A DNA stretch of 64,000 bases from Acidimicrobiaceae bacterium. Its GTDB lineage: Bacteria > Actinomycetota > Acidimicrobiia > Acidimicrobiales > RAAP-2. Positions 8,782-17,430 of the stretch are shown here, in pieces. Each line of letters opens with the position of its first letter. The stretch's first letter is position 1. The notes beneath the pieces were generated by a model. The model was not told the DNA's origin. It made no database searches and saw only the letters and a program-made list of their open reading frames with translations. Both the position numbers and the translations under genes were made by a program. The stretch lies in NCBI GenBank assembly GCA_027342785.1, contig DAHWPS010000115.1, positions 7,052-71,051 on the forward strand, given 5' to 3'.

Positions 8782-9524
8782 GTGGGCCTGGCGCTCCCGC
8801 GCTCGAAGTGGACGGGGTCAGCGCCGCCTACGGCCCCTACCGGGCGCTCTTCGACGTCTCGTTCCGCGTGCCGGTCGGCTCGGTGGTCGCGCTCCTCGGT
8901 TCGAACGGCGCCGGCAAGTCGACGGTGGCGCGGGTGGTGTCGGGTCTCCTCCCGTCGACGTCGGGGACGATCCGGCTCGGCGACGAGGACGTGACGGGAT
9001 GGCCGGCGCACCGGGTGGCCCGGGCCGGCATGGCCCACGTCCCCGAAGGCCGCGGCATCTTCGCCAGCCTTTCGGTGGAGGAGAACCTCGTCGTGGCCTT
9101 CCGCCAGCGGGCCGGCCGGCGCCAGGTTGCCAGCGCGCTCGAGCGGGCTTACCAGGCGTTCCCCATCTTGGGAGAGCGGCGCAAGCAGCGGGGGGGCACT
9201 CTCTCGGGCGGCCAGCAGCGCCTCCTCTCGCTGGCGAAGGTGCTCGTGGTCCCTCCTCGGGTGCTGGTGGCCGACGAGCTGTCGCTGGGGCTCGCACCGG
9301 TGGTAGTCGATGCCGTCTACGACGGTCTGCGGTCCATCAACGCAGCGGGGACCGCGATCCTGGTCGTCGAGCAGCAGGTGGACCGAGCGCTTGACTTGGC
9401 GCATGGTGCCGTCGTGCTCGAGCACGGGTCCGTGGCGTTCGTGGGACTGGCGCAGAATGCGCTTGCCGCGGTAGAGCGGGTGCTCGCGATGCGCGGCGAG
9501 CAGGGATCGGTCCACGCGGGCTGA
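8778..9524 (+). CDS. ABC transporter ATP-binding protein (LivF-like)
   Basis: Walker A GSNGAGKST, signature LSGGQQ and Walker B LVADELS are present. An ATGA overlap joins it to the preceding ATPase gene. Confidence 0.85.
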   Translation: MSGPGAPALEVDGVSAAYGPYRALFDVSFRVPVGSVVALLGSNGAGKSTVARVVSGLLPSTSGTIRLGDEDVTGWPAHRVARAGMAHVPEGRGIFASLSVEENLVVAFRQRAGRRQVASALERAYQAFPILGERRKQRGGTLSGGQQRLLSLAKVLVVPPRVLVADELSLGLAPVVVDAVYDGLRSINAAGTAILVVEQQVDRALDLAHGAVVLEHGSVAFVGLAQNALAAVERVLAMRGEQGSVHAG

Positions 9525-9589
9525 GGAGAGCGCCGGCACCTCCGGCGCGCTCGCCGGACGAAGGACGGCGACGGAGTGAAGGGAGCAAG

Positions 9590-10783
9590 ATGAGCAGTGG
9601 AACGCGCGAAGCGGTGATTGTCGACGTCCTGAGGACCACGTTCGGAAAGAGCGGTGGGGCATTGGCCAACTGGCATCCGGTCGACCTCCTGGCACTGGCG
9701 TTGCGCACGCTGGTGGATCGCACCGGGGTCGACGCCGACCGCGTCGACGACGTGATCGGGGGCTGCGTCAGCCAGGTCGGAGAGCAGAGCACCAACGTGG
9801 CTCGCAATGGCTGGGTGGCGGCCGGGCTGCCCCAGCACGTACCGGCCACCACGGTGGACCGTCAGTGCGGTTCGTCCCAGCAAGCCATGCACTTCGGCGC
9901 GGCCGGCGTGGTTGCCGGGCACTACGACCTGGTGGTGGCGTGCGGCGTCGAAGCGATGAGCCGCGTCCCCCTGGCTTCCAATGCGCGCGGCGGCACCGGG
10001 CCGTTCCCACCATCGTTCTTGGAGCACATCGACGGCCGGCTGTGGGCACAGTTCAGGGTGGCCCAGGTCCTGGCCGAGCGCTGGGGGATCACGAGGGAGG
10101 ACATGGACGCGTTCTCCTTGGAGAGCCACCGCCGGGCCGCCGAGGCGTGGGACTCGGGGCACTTTGCCAAAGAGGCCATCCCCGTGCCGATCAAAGCCGA
10201 GGACGGGTCGTACACCGGCGAGATGCTCCAATCCGACGAGGGGATCCGCCGGGGCGGCTCCATGGAGAAGCTGGCAGCGCTGGCCCCGGCGCAGAGCTGG
10301 GAGCCCGACACGGCCCCGGACATCACGGCGGGGAACTCCTCGCAGACCACCGATGGCGCGTCGGCCATGCTCATCGCCGAGCGTTCGGTAGCCGAACGTC
10401 TCGGGTTGCCGATCAGGGCGAGGTTCGCACACTTCGCCGTCGGCGCCGAGGATGCCGCGATCGTTCTGTCGGCACCGGTGCCGGTCACCCATCGGCTGCT
10501 CGAACGATCAGGGATGAAGATCGACGACTTTGACGCCATGGAGTGCAACGAGGCCTTCGCCGTGATCGCGCTCATGTGGCAACGGGCGTTCTCAGCTGAC
10601 CCGAGCAAGCTCAACCCCCACGGCGGAGCGGTGGCCATCGGCCATCCGCTGGGCGCCACCGGCGTCCGCATGGCCGCCACGTTGCTGAACGAGCTGGAAG
10701 CCACCGGCGGCCGCTACGGCTTCCAGACCATGTGCGAGGGAGGCGGCCAGGCGAACGCCACGGTGATCGAGCGTCTCGACTGA
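9590..10783 (+). CDS. acetyl-CoA C-acyltransferase (thiolase)
   Basis: 397 aa. It carries the active-site Cys context VDRQCGSSQQA, the C-terminal NPHGGAVAIGHPLGATG and CEGGGQA. GAAGGGAG lies upstream of the ATG. Confidence 0.9.
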   Translation: MSSGTREAVIVDVLRTTFGKSGGALANWHPVDLLALALRTLVDRTGVDADRVDDVIGGCVSQVGEQSTNVARNGWVAAGLPQHVPATTVDRQCGSSQQAMHFGAAGVVAGHYDLVVACGVEAMSRVPLASNARGGTGPFPPSFLEHIDGRLWAQFRVAQVLAERWGITREDMDAFSLESHRRAAEAWDSGHFAKEAIPVPIKAEDGSYTGEMLQSDEGIRRGGSMEKLAALAPAQSWEPDTAPDITAGNSSQTTDGASAMLIAERSVAERLGLPIRARFAHFAVGAEDAAIVLSAPVPVTHRLLERSGMKIDDFDAMECNEAFAVIALMWQRAFSADPSKLNPHGGAVAIGHPLGATGVRMAATLLNELEATGGRYGFQTMCEGGGQANATVIERLD

Positions 10784-10818
10784 GGACGGTCGGCCGCCGG
10801 GCCGGCCGCGCCGGAGTG

Positions 10819-11328
10819 TCAGGAGGACTCGGCGTCCACTTCGAGCAGTGCGCGGGTGTCCACGTCGTAGACGAAGCCGCGCACCTGGTCACGATGAGGT
10901 ACGAAGGGGTTCGTACGGATCCGCGCCATCGACTGGCGGACATCGGCCACCGGATCGGTGAACGACTCGAGTGCCCACGCCGGCCGCTGGCCGGTCTCGG
11001 CTTCCAGGTCAGCTTTGAACGCGTCGTCGCTCACCTTCTGCATGCCGCAGTCGGTGTGGTGGACGAGGACGACCTCGATCGTGCCCAGCACCCGCTGGGA
11101 CAGCACCAGCGAGCGGATCACGTCGTCAGTGACCACGCCACCGGCGTTGCGCATGACGTGGGCATCACCGATCTGGAGGCCCAGGAGCCCGAAGAGGTCG
11201 ATGCGGCTGTCCATGCACGCGACCACGGCCACAGCGAGCCGGGGCCGAGCCCCGTCGTTCGGCTCGCCACGGTGCGCCTGGGCGTAGCGCCGGGCCGCGT
11301 CGACCAGCTTCTCGGTGACGCCGCTCAC
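10819..11328 (-). CDS. beta-class carbonic anhydrase
   Basis: The zinc-ligand motifs CMDSRID and HTDCGM are spaced as in beta-class carbonic anhydrases. 169 aa. Confidence 0.8.
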   Translation of the reverse strand: MSGVTEKLVDAARRYAQAHRGEPNDGARPRLAVAVVACMDSRIDLFGLLGLQIGDAHVMRNAGGVVTDDVIRSLVLSQRVLGTIEVVLVHHTDCGMQKVSDDAFKADLEAETGQRPAWALESFTDPVADVRQSMARIRTNPFVPHRDQVRGFVYDVDTRALLEVDAESS

Positions 11329-11341
11329 CGACGAACCTCGG

Positions 11342-12511
11342 TCATGGGAGGCACACCTCCGGCAGCGGCCAGCGGTAGAGGCGCGCGGCGTTGTCGTGGG
11401 TGAGCCGGCGCAAGTCCTCGACTGCGAGATGGCTCCAGCATCGTTCGATCACCTCCTGGGTGTCAGGCCACGTCGAATCCCCGTGAGGGTAGTCCACCTC
11501 CACCATCACGTGATCGGCGCCGATCGCGTGGATCGTGTCGATGGTGGACGGGTCGTCCAAGGTACAGAACCAGAAGTTCCGGCGCAGGACTTCGGCCGGC
11601 CGGAGCCCGTCCCCCGTTGGCACGCCGCTTTGGGCCTGCGTCCCGAAGTCGCGGCCATACCCCGATCGGTCCACGATGTTCTCCAGGCGATCGAGGAGCA
11701 TCGCGACCCAACCGATCCCGCCTTCGCTCATGGCGATCCGGATCTCGGGGAAGCGCACCGCGAGCCCGGACCAGAGCCACTCGGCACAGGCGGTCAGCGA
11801 CATCTGGCCGAAGAGGGTGGCGCCGAGCTGGACGAGCGGACCGTCTGCGGGCATGTCGGGCATGCCCGACGACCCGACGTGGAGCGAGATCACCGTTGTC
11901 GTCTCCTGGCACGCCGCGACGTAGGGGTCCCAGTACCCGGAGAAGATGCTCGGGAGCCCTATCCGGTGCGGGCGCTCGGGGAGGGTCACCGAGCGAAAAC
12001 CCCGCTCGGCATTGCGCCGGATCTCGGCGGCCCCGGCCTCGGGATCGGTGAGGAAGGTGATGCCGCAAGGGATGATCCGCTCGGGGTACGGCTGCCACCA
12101 TGTCTCGTAGAGCCAGTCGTTGAACGCCCGGGTCACCGCGAGGCCGAGGACCGGATCGCTCGCCTCGGAATAGACCCGGCCGCAGAACCCGGTGATCTGC
12201 GAGGGGAAGTTCAGCGAAGCCCAAACCCCGTTGAGGTTCATGTCGGCGATCCGCGCGTCGATGTCCCAGCATCCTGGTCGCATGTCCTCGAAGCGCGTCG
12301 GCTCCAGCGTCACGTGCTCGGGGCGACGTCCCGCGACGGCGTTCACCCCGACCTGGGTGAAGCGCTTTCCGTCGAACTCCCAGACCTGATGGCCATTGCG
12401 GGTCTCGACGATCTTGGGTGCCTGATCGGCGAGATCATGGGGGAGGCGGCCCACGAACATGTCGGGGGGCTCGACGAGGTGATCGTCGACCGAGATCACC
12501 GTGTAGCGCAC
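11342..12511 (-). CDS. amidohydrolase (amidohydrolase_2 / metal-dependent hydrolase family)
   Basis: It begins VRYTVISVDDHLVEPPDMF, as does its paralog at 22890-24185. The start is set at GTG 12511 by analogy with that paralog. The upstream part of the listed ORF is Arg/Ala-rich noise. Confidence 0.75.
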   Translation of the reverse strand: MRYTVISVDDHLVEPPDMFVGRLPHDLADQAPKIVETRNGHQVWEFDGKRFTQVGVNAVAGRRPEHVTLEPTRFEDMRPGCWDIDARIADMNLNGVWASLNFPSQITGFCGRVYSEASDPVLGLAVTRAFNDWLYETWWQPYPERIIPCGITFLTDPEAGAAEIRRNAERGFRSVTLPERPHRIGLPSIFSGYWDPYVAACQETTTVISLHVGSSGMPDMPADGPLVQLGATLFGQMSLTACAEWLWSGLAVRFPEIRIAMSEGGIGWVAMLLDRLENIVDRSGYGRDFGTQAQSGVPTGDGLRPAEVLRRNFWFCTLDDPSTIDTIHAIGADHVMVEVDYPHGDSTWPDTQEVIERCWSHLAVEDLRRLTHDNAARLYRWPLPEVCLP

Positions 12512-12750
12512 CTCACGGGGCGCGGGGTCCGGCAGGAGGAGATTGGAGCCGGCTCGGGACCGTGCGCTGGGTGCCACCCTCCGAGTATTCCCGATGGCGC
12601 TGCCCCGCGCACGCCCGCAGCCGCTCGTCGGCTTGCCCGCACCCGCACCCGCTTGCCCGCACCGGTGTGCCCGTTCGAGCTGAGGACGAGCCGTGGAGCG
12701 TCGGGACAAGGTGGGCGTGCCGGCCTCCGGTATTCGGTAAGGTCCGCAAC

Positions 12751-13685
12751 GTGCCGACCCCGTCCACCGACCAACTGCTTCGAAACTCCAAGATCGTGAT
12801 CACCGGCGTCACCGGTCAGGTGGCCGAGCCGGTGGCGATGGCGCTGGCCGGAGGCAACGAGGTGTACGGGGCGGCTCGGTTTTCCGACGCCGCCGCCCGC
12901 GGGCGCCTCGAGGCCGCGGGCGTGCGCTGCGTCCCGGTCGACCTGGCATCAGGGGACGTTTCCGCCCTCCCGGCCGATGCGGACGTGGTGCTGAACTTCG
13001 CCGTGGCGAAGACCGGTGACTGGGGTGTGGACCTCATGGCCAATGCTGGTGGCGTGGCCTGGTTGATGGAGCACCACCGCCAGGCCCGGGCGTTCCTCCA
13101 CTGCTCGTCGGCGGCGGTGTACCGTCCCGCAGGGCACCGCCGATTGGGGGAGACAGCTCCGCTCGGCGACAATCACGGCGTGTGGCCGTTCCTTCGGACC
13201 TACAGCATCTCCAAGATCGCTGCCGAGACCGCCGCCCGGTGGGGAGCGGTTCGATTCGGGGTGCCACCACCATCGCCAGGCTGTCCGTCCCCTACGGGGA
13301 CCGGGGCGGCTGGCCGGCCATCCACCTCGAGATGATGATCAACGGATCGCCCATTCCGGTGCACGTGGACCAGCCCAGCGTGTACCGCCCACTGCACCAC
13401 GACGACATCGTGGGCACCCTTCCCGGTCTGCTCGGCGGGGCGTCCGTGCCCGCCACCGTGGTCAACTGGGGCGGCGACGACGCGGTGAGCATCGGGGAGT
13501 GGTGCGGGTACCTCTCGGAGCTGACCGGGCTACCGGCCACTTTCCAACGTACGTCGGAGACCATCGACAGCGGAGATCTGGACCTGACCCGCATGCACCA
13601 GCTCGCGGGCGAGACGGCGGTGGACTGGCGTGAGGGCTTGCGGTCCATGGTGGCGGCCCGCCACCCTGAGCTGCTGGTGAACTGA
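12751..13685 (+). pseudogene. NAD-dependent epimerase/dehydratase family gene interrupted by a 1-nt frameshift
   Basis: The N-terminal Rossmann KIVITGVTGQVAEPV...YSISK is in the frame of ORF 12418-13335. The continuation TTIARLSVPYGDRGGWP...AARHPELLVN is in the frame of ORF 13182-13685. The frames switch at about 13255-13266, next to a GGGG run. Confidence 0.7.
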
Positions 13686-13696
13686 ACGGTCAGGCG

Positions 13697-14641
13697 GTGA
13701 AGCTCAGTCCCAAGCAGATCGCGGCATCAGCGGCCGGGGCCATCCTGGCAGCGGTGGCGGCGTCGTTGTTCGGAGAGAAGGGCACGATCATCGGGGTGGC
13801 CCTGGGGAGCGCGGTGGCCACGACCGCAACCGCGTTGGTCGCCCAGTCCATCGAGAAGACCCACCACGCGGTGAAGCAGGTGGTGGTCAAGGTGCCAGGG
13901 CGTCCGTCGATCCTTCGAAGTCTTGGCACCACCGAGGCTGCAGGTGAGGTCACCGAAACTGCAGGAGCGGTCAGCGAGGCCGCCGGTGAGGTGGAGATCG
14001 GGACTGACGAGTCCCCCGTGCTCGAAGCGGATGTGGCTGGCGATGCGGCCGCGCAAGGAGTGGCTGGCGATGCGGCCGTCGAAGAGACGGCCGAACGTCG
14101 CCTGGTGGCTCGGAGCCGCGGAAGCGGGCGGAGGCCGGCGTGGCGTCCATCCTCGAGTGGAGACGGACAGGGTCATCCTCAGGAACGGGCACCCGCCATC
14201 TCCGGAGTCCACTTGAACTGGTGGGTGCTCGCCGTGTCCATGCTGGCCGTCTTTGTCGTCGCAGTAGGCGTCATCACTGCTTTCGAGTTGCTCGCCGGGC
14301 GACCTCTGTCGTCAGTTCTCGGATCAAGCCCGGCCACCGGTGGGACTTCGGCAGGCAGCCTCTTTGCCCCTTCGCCAACGACCCTCCCTCCGCTTCCGAC
14401 GACCACCTCCACCACGTCTTCCACGACCACTTCGACCACTTCGACCACGACCGGTGCAGGAACGGCGACCTCAGTTCCCGGATCGACCACCACCACGACC
14501 GGTCCGGGAACGACGACCTCAGTTTCCGGATCGACCACCACGTCGACCTCCACGTCGACCACGACCACGACCACGACTACGAGCACGACCACGACTACGA
14601 CCACGACCACCCCTTCGACGACTTCCACGCCGGGTGGATGA
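13697..14641 (+). CDS. membrane protein with Thr/Ser-rich (mucin-like) C-terminal tail
   Basis: GTG start. It has an N-terminal Gly/Ala-rich hydrophobic segment, an acidic linker containing a duplicated VAGDAA, one clear TM (WWVLAVSMLAVFVVAVGVITAF), and then about 90 aa that are almost pure T/S/P/G. Confidence 0.6.
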   Translation: MKLSPKQIAASAAGAILAAVAASLFGEKGTIIGVALGSAVATTATALVAQSIEKTHHAVKQVVVKVPGRPSILRSLGTTEAAGEVTETAGAVSEAAGEVEIGTDESPVLEADVAGDAAAQGVAGDAAVEETAERRLVARSRGSGRRPAWRPSSSGDGQGHPQERAPAISGVHLNWWVLAVSMLAVFVVAVGVITAFELLAGRPLSSVLGSSPATGGTSAGSLFAPSPTTLPPLPTTTSTTSSTTTSTTSTTTGAGTATSVPGSTTTTTGPGTTTSVSGSTTTSTSTSTTTTTTTTSTTTTTTTTTPSTTSTPGG

Positions 14642-14715
14642 GGGCGGAAATGCGCAGAGCCCAGCGTTCGCGAAAGCAAGCCCCTCACAGTCGACGGGAC
14701 CAGGCGGTGCTTCTC

Positions 14716-14904
14716 TCATTCGACAGCCGCGGCCACCTCGGGCTGTCGATTGGCGTGCACGTCCTGAGGCAATGGGACGATGCGCGACGTGCCGTTCTGC
14801 GCTCCGGAGACGAGAGCGACGATCGTTGTTCTGGCGCGTCGTTCGTTGCGGTCACTGGCTGGGTAGGAGTCCAATATTGCCAACTTCCGCGTCCGAACTG
14901 TCAC
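14716..14904 (-). CDS. candidate small ORF (62 aa) translationally coupled to HepT
   Basis: Its GTG start overlaps the HepT TGA stop (GTGA). No recognisable domain. This rests on weak ORF evidence only. Confidence 0.2.
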   Translation of the reverse strand: MTVRTRKLAILDSYPASDRNERRARTTIVALVSGAQNGTSRIVPLPQDVHANRQPEVAAAVE

Positions 14905-15236
14905 GTGGGTTCGACACGTTGCAGGAGACGGCGGGTCGCCGCTTCCAACACGGGGAGGTCTTCTTCCACAGTCGCAGCGAGGATAGCGTGAGAGGAGTCG
15001 AAGTAGCGGTGGGCAAGCCGGTCGCGCATTCCTGCCATCTGGGTCCAGGGCAGGTCCGCCTCGGTCGCGAGCAGGTCAGCGGGTAGGGCCTTGATGGCCT
15101 CGCCGATCTCGATGAGGCGAACGCGTACAGCATCGAAAACGAGCCCATCATGGAGATCACCACGCTGCAGGTGAATGGCGATCGTGTCGATGGCAACCAG
15201 GATGTCTTCCAGGCGTTGATAGTCGCGTCGGCTCAC
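14901..15236 (-). CDS. hepT: HepT-like (DUF86) toxin of a type VII toxin-antitoxin pair
   Basis: The R-x4-H-x-Y motif is present as RDRLAHRY. About 111 aa. The GTG start overlaps the TGA stop of the upstream nucleotidyltransferase gene (GTGA). Confidence 0.8.
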   Translation of the reverse strand: MSRRDYQRLEDILVAIDTIAIHLQRGDLHDGLVFDAVRVRLIEIGEAIKALPADLLATEADLPWTQMAGMRDRLAHRYFDSSHAILAATVEEDLPVLEAATRRLLQRVEPT

Positions 15237-15742
15237 AGAGCGACGGCCTCGGCGAGCACATCTCCGACGAGACTTACTTTGAGGTCCCCGGAGGGAACCA
15301 GATCGACGGGGGCGTTCAGCAGGGCTTCGAGTCGGGCTTGGCAACGGGCCAAACCGAGGAGACCGACCTTGGCGGGGACGTCAACGAGCAGGTCGATATC
15401 GCTGCCGGGCTTGTCGTCTCCACGTGCGGCGCTACCGAAAAGGCGTGGGTTGGTCAACCCGTGACTTTCAAGGAGCGCCACAATCTCCCGACGGTGCTCT
15501 CTGACCCTTCGGGCGAGCGGACCGTCGATGCTTTGGACATCGAGCGCAGAGCAGACACGGACCTCGAGGTCGGAGCCGGTTGCCTCGATGAGACGGGCGA
15601 GGGTGGGCAACGAGGGCTGCCGAGCGCCGGACTCATAGGCGCTGATGACGCTTTGCGTCAGGCCAGCCCGGCGAGCCAACTCCGCTTGGGACAGACCAAC
15701 TCGCCGTCGAGCCGTGCGGAGAAGCATACCGGCGGCCTCCAT
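15233..15742 (-). CDS. mntA: MntA-like nucleotidyltransferase antitoxin with N-terminal XRE-type HTH
   Basis: The HTH is VGLSQAELARRAGLTQSVISAYESGARQPS. It is followed by the minimal nucleotidyltransferase motif GSAARGDDKPGSDIDLLVD. The start is ATG 15742 (TTG 15748 is also possible). Confidence 0.8.
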   Translation of the reverse strand: MEAAGMLLRTARRRVGLSQAELARRAGLTQSVISAYESGARQPSLPTLARLIEATGSDLEVRVCSALDVQSIDGPLARRVREHRREIVALLESHGLTNPRLFGSAARGDDKPGSDIDLLVDVPAKVGLLGLARCQARLEALLNAPVDLVPSGDLKVSLVGDVLAEAVAL

Positions 15743-15749
15743 GACCAAA

Positions 15750-15755
15750 ACTATA
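15750..15755 (-). promoter_or_regulatory. candidate -10 box TATAGT for a leaderless mntA-hepT transcript
   Basis: On the minus strand, TATAGT is followed by 7 nt and then ATG (15742). There is no Shine-Dalgarno sequence. The spacing fits actinobacterial leaderless mRNAs. Confidence 0.35.
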
Positions 15756-16266
15756 GCGGATCGTCGATATTCCTGCCACGTTTGCTCCAGCCGGCACCAC
15801 GATCCGCCGACTCCTCTCGACCACCCGAGGTGTCCTTCTGCGCTGCGGCTCCGGCAGTGAGGGTCGTCGTTGTGGTACGCCGTTCTGTAGCACCACGCCC
15901 GAAGGTCGCCGGTTCGGTCATGGGGTCAAGTCCAGACGAGTGGTGCAAGACGACCACCGCACCAATCGTGTTGATTGGCCAACTGGCTACGTCGAGTTCG
16001 GCAGTCGTCACCTCCTCGCCTCCAGCGACTTCGCCGGCGATCAGGTGCATGCGGGCCTTGGTGAGGGAATCGGTGGACATGTAGCGCCGGGCGACCCTGC
16101 CGCGGCAGCAGGGGCGGCAATTGCCGACGCAGACGCAGACATTGCCACCATCACCGCCGAGACCGCCACGCACATCCACGGCAGCCAGCCCGCGGTTCCA
16201 CGAGATCGGCGCATCACTCCCCCCTTTAGCAAGCGACCGGCTGGTCGTCTTGCCTTGCGCCCTCAC
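15751..16266 (-). CDS. hypothetical protein (uncertain coding)
   Basis: The ORF ends 8 nt before the mntA ATG. Third-position GC is high in part of it (the Cys-rich stretch CVCVGNCRPCC) and mediocre elsewhere. Competing ORFs exist on both strands. No recognisable domain. Confidence 0.25.
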   Translation of the reverse strand: MRAQGKTTSRSLAKGGSDAPISWNRGLAAVDVRGGLGGDGGNVCVCVGNCRPCCRGRVARRYMSTDSLTKARMHLIAGEVAGGEEVTTAELDVASWPINTIGAVVVLHHSSGLDPMTEPATFGRGATERRTTTTTLTAGAAAQKDTSGGREESADRGAGWSKRGRNIDDPL

Positions 16267-16569
16267 CTTGCGGCACCGTCGAGCCAGGGCATGTGGAACT
16301 TCAGACTTTTATCGGTGCCCCCCACCTGACCTCAGTCTAGGGCAGAAGTGCGCCTGTCGCCCGATCCGTGCCCACGCCACTCGGCTCGCGAACTGCCGGT
16401 TCGTTTCGCACCCTTCTTTCGTGAGCACGGCCTTCTCGGCTGCACCGGGCGCCGCACAAGTCCGGAGCCGCCGCCACATGCCAGCGTGAGGATCGCACGG
16501 CGCCGCAGCGGACGGGGTGGACGGCGCCCGTGGGGAGGAGTGGCGCTGGTCGTACCGGTTTTGGTGTCC

Positions 16570-17403
16570 TCACCAACCCTTGAATTCAGCAGGGCGGCGC
16601 TCGACGAAGCTGGTGATCCCTTCCCGGGAGTCTTCGGTGTGGGTGATCAGCTCTTGGGCCATGGCTTCGTCGGCCAGTGCGGTGGACCGGTCTACGTCCA
16701 GGGCGCGGTTGGTGAGCCACTTGGCCACGCCGATGGCCTTGGTCGGCCCTTTGGCCAGCCGGCCCGCCAGCTCTTCGAGCACGGTCCGCAGCTCGCTGCG
16801 CGGCACCACGCGGTTCACCAAACCCATCCGCAGGGCGTCGGCCGCCGGCACGTCGTCCCCGAAGAAGAAGAGCTCTTTGGCTCGCTGGATCCCCACCAGC
16901 CGGGCCAGGAGCCAGGCCCCCCCGGCATCGGGGGCGATACCTCGGCGGATGAACACCTCGATGAACTTGGACTCTTCGGCGGCCACGACCATGTCGCAGG
17001 CGAGTGCCAAGTGCATGCCGCCACCCGCTGCCGTCCCGTTGACTCCGGCGATCACCGGCTTCTCGCAGTCGAGCACCGCGGACACCAGGCGCTGCCAGCC
17101 GAGGCGAATGGTCCGGGCTCCGTCCCCCATCGCGTTGTCGGGGGCGCCTTCGGGCCGCGGCCGCGCCGCCGCTCGTCCGCCGCGAAGGTCGGCTCCGGTG
17201 CAGAACGCCTTCTCCCCGGCTGCGGTGATGACCACGACGCGCACCGCGAGGTCGGCCGAGGCCTCGTCGAGCCACGACGAGATCTGGTCCCGCATGGCCG
17301 CCGTCATCGCGTTCCCTGCGTCCGGACGGTTCAGCACGATCCATGCCACGCCATCGTCGATCGTACGCACGACGTCCTGGCCGGTGTCGTTTGGCTCGCT
17401 CAT
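16570..17403 (-). CDS. enoyl-CoA hydratase/isomerase (crotonase)
   Basis: It begins MSEPNDTGQDVVRTIDDGVAWIVLNRPDAGNAM and has the oxyanion-hole context FCTGADL and GGGMHLALACD. AAAGGAAC lies 8 nt upstream of ATG 17403. Confidence 0.9.
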   Translation of the reverse strand: MSEPNDTGQDVVRTIDDGVAWIVLNRPDAGNAMTAAMRDQISSWLDEASADLAVRVVVITAAGEKAFCTGADLRGGRAAARPRPEGAPDNAMGDGARTIRLGWQRLVSAVLDCEKPVIAGVNGTAAGGGMHLALACDMVVAAEESKFIEVFIRRGIAPDAGGAWLLARLVGIQRAKELFFFGDDVPAADALRMGLVNRVVPRSELRTVLEELAGRLAKGPTKAIGVAKWLTNRALDVDRSTALADEAMAQELITHTEDSREGITSFVERRPAEFKGW

Positions 17404-17430
17404 TCCCCATGTTCCTTTCTGAATCGCTGA

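Noticed and set aside
9527-9555. GC-rich imperfect hairpin GAGCGCCGG-N5-CCGGCGCGCTC after the LivF-like gene as a terminator. Similar weak stems occur at 16561-16576 and 21989-22004.
   Set aside because: The stems are imperfect or short with no U-tract, so a terminator cannot be distinguished from chance GC-rich pairing.
14720-14749. Perfect 9-bp-stem hairpin TCGACAGCC-N12-GGCTGTCGA as a bidirectional intrinsic terminator between the Thr-rich protein gene and hepT.
   Set aside because: The loop is long (12 nt), neither side has a T/U tract, and it falls inside the candidate 62-aa ORF. It is left unresolved rather than called.
16115-16126. 12-bp perfect palindrome CGGCAATTGCCG.
   Set aside because: By my rough estimate, palindromes of this length are expected dozens of times per 64 kb in this composition. 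This one is a single occurrence inside a possible coding frame.
16041-16232. 63-aa minus-strand ORF with a convincing-looking signal peptide (RRSR n-region, hydrophobic core, ASA cleavage motif).
   Set aside because: Its third-position GC is clearly weaker than that of the overlapping frame in the same stretch, and Ala/Val-rich pseudo-signal peptides are common artefacts in GC-rich DNA. It is kept only as a note in the islet finding.
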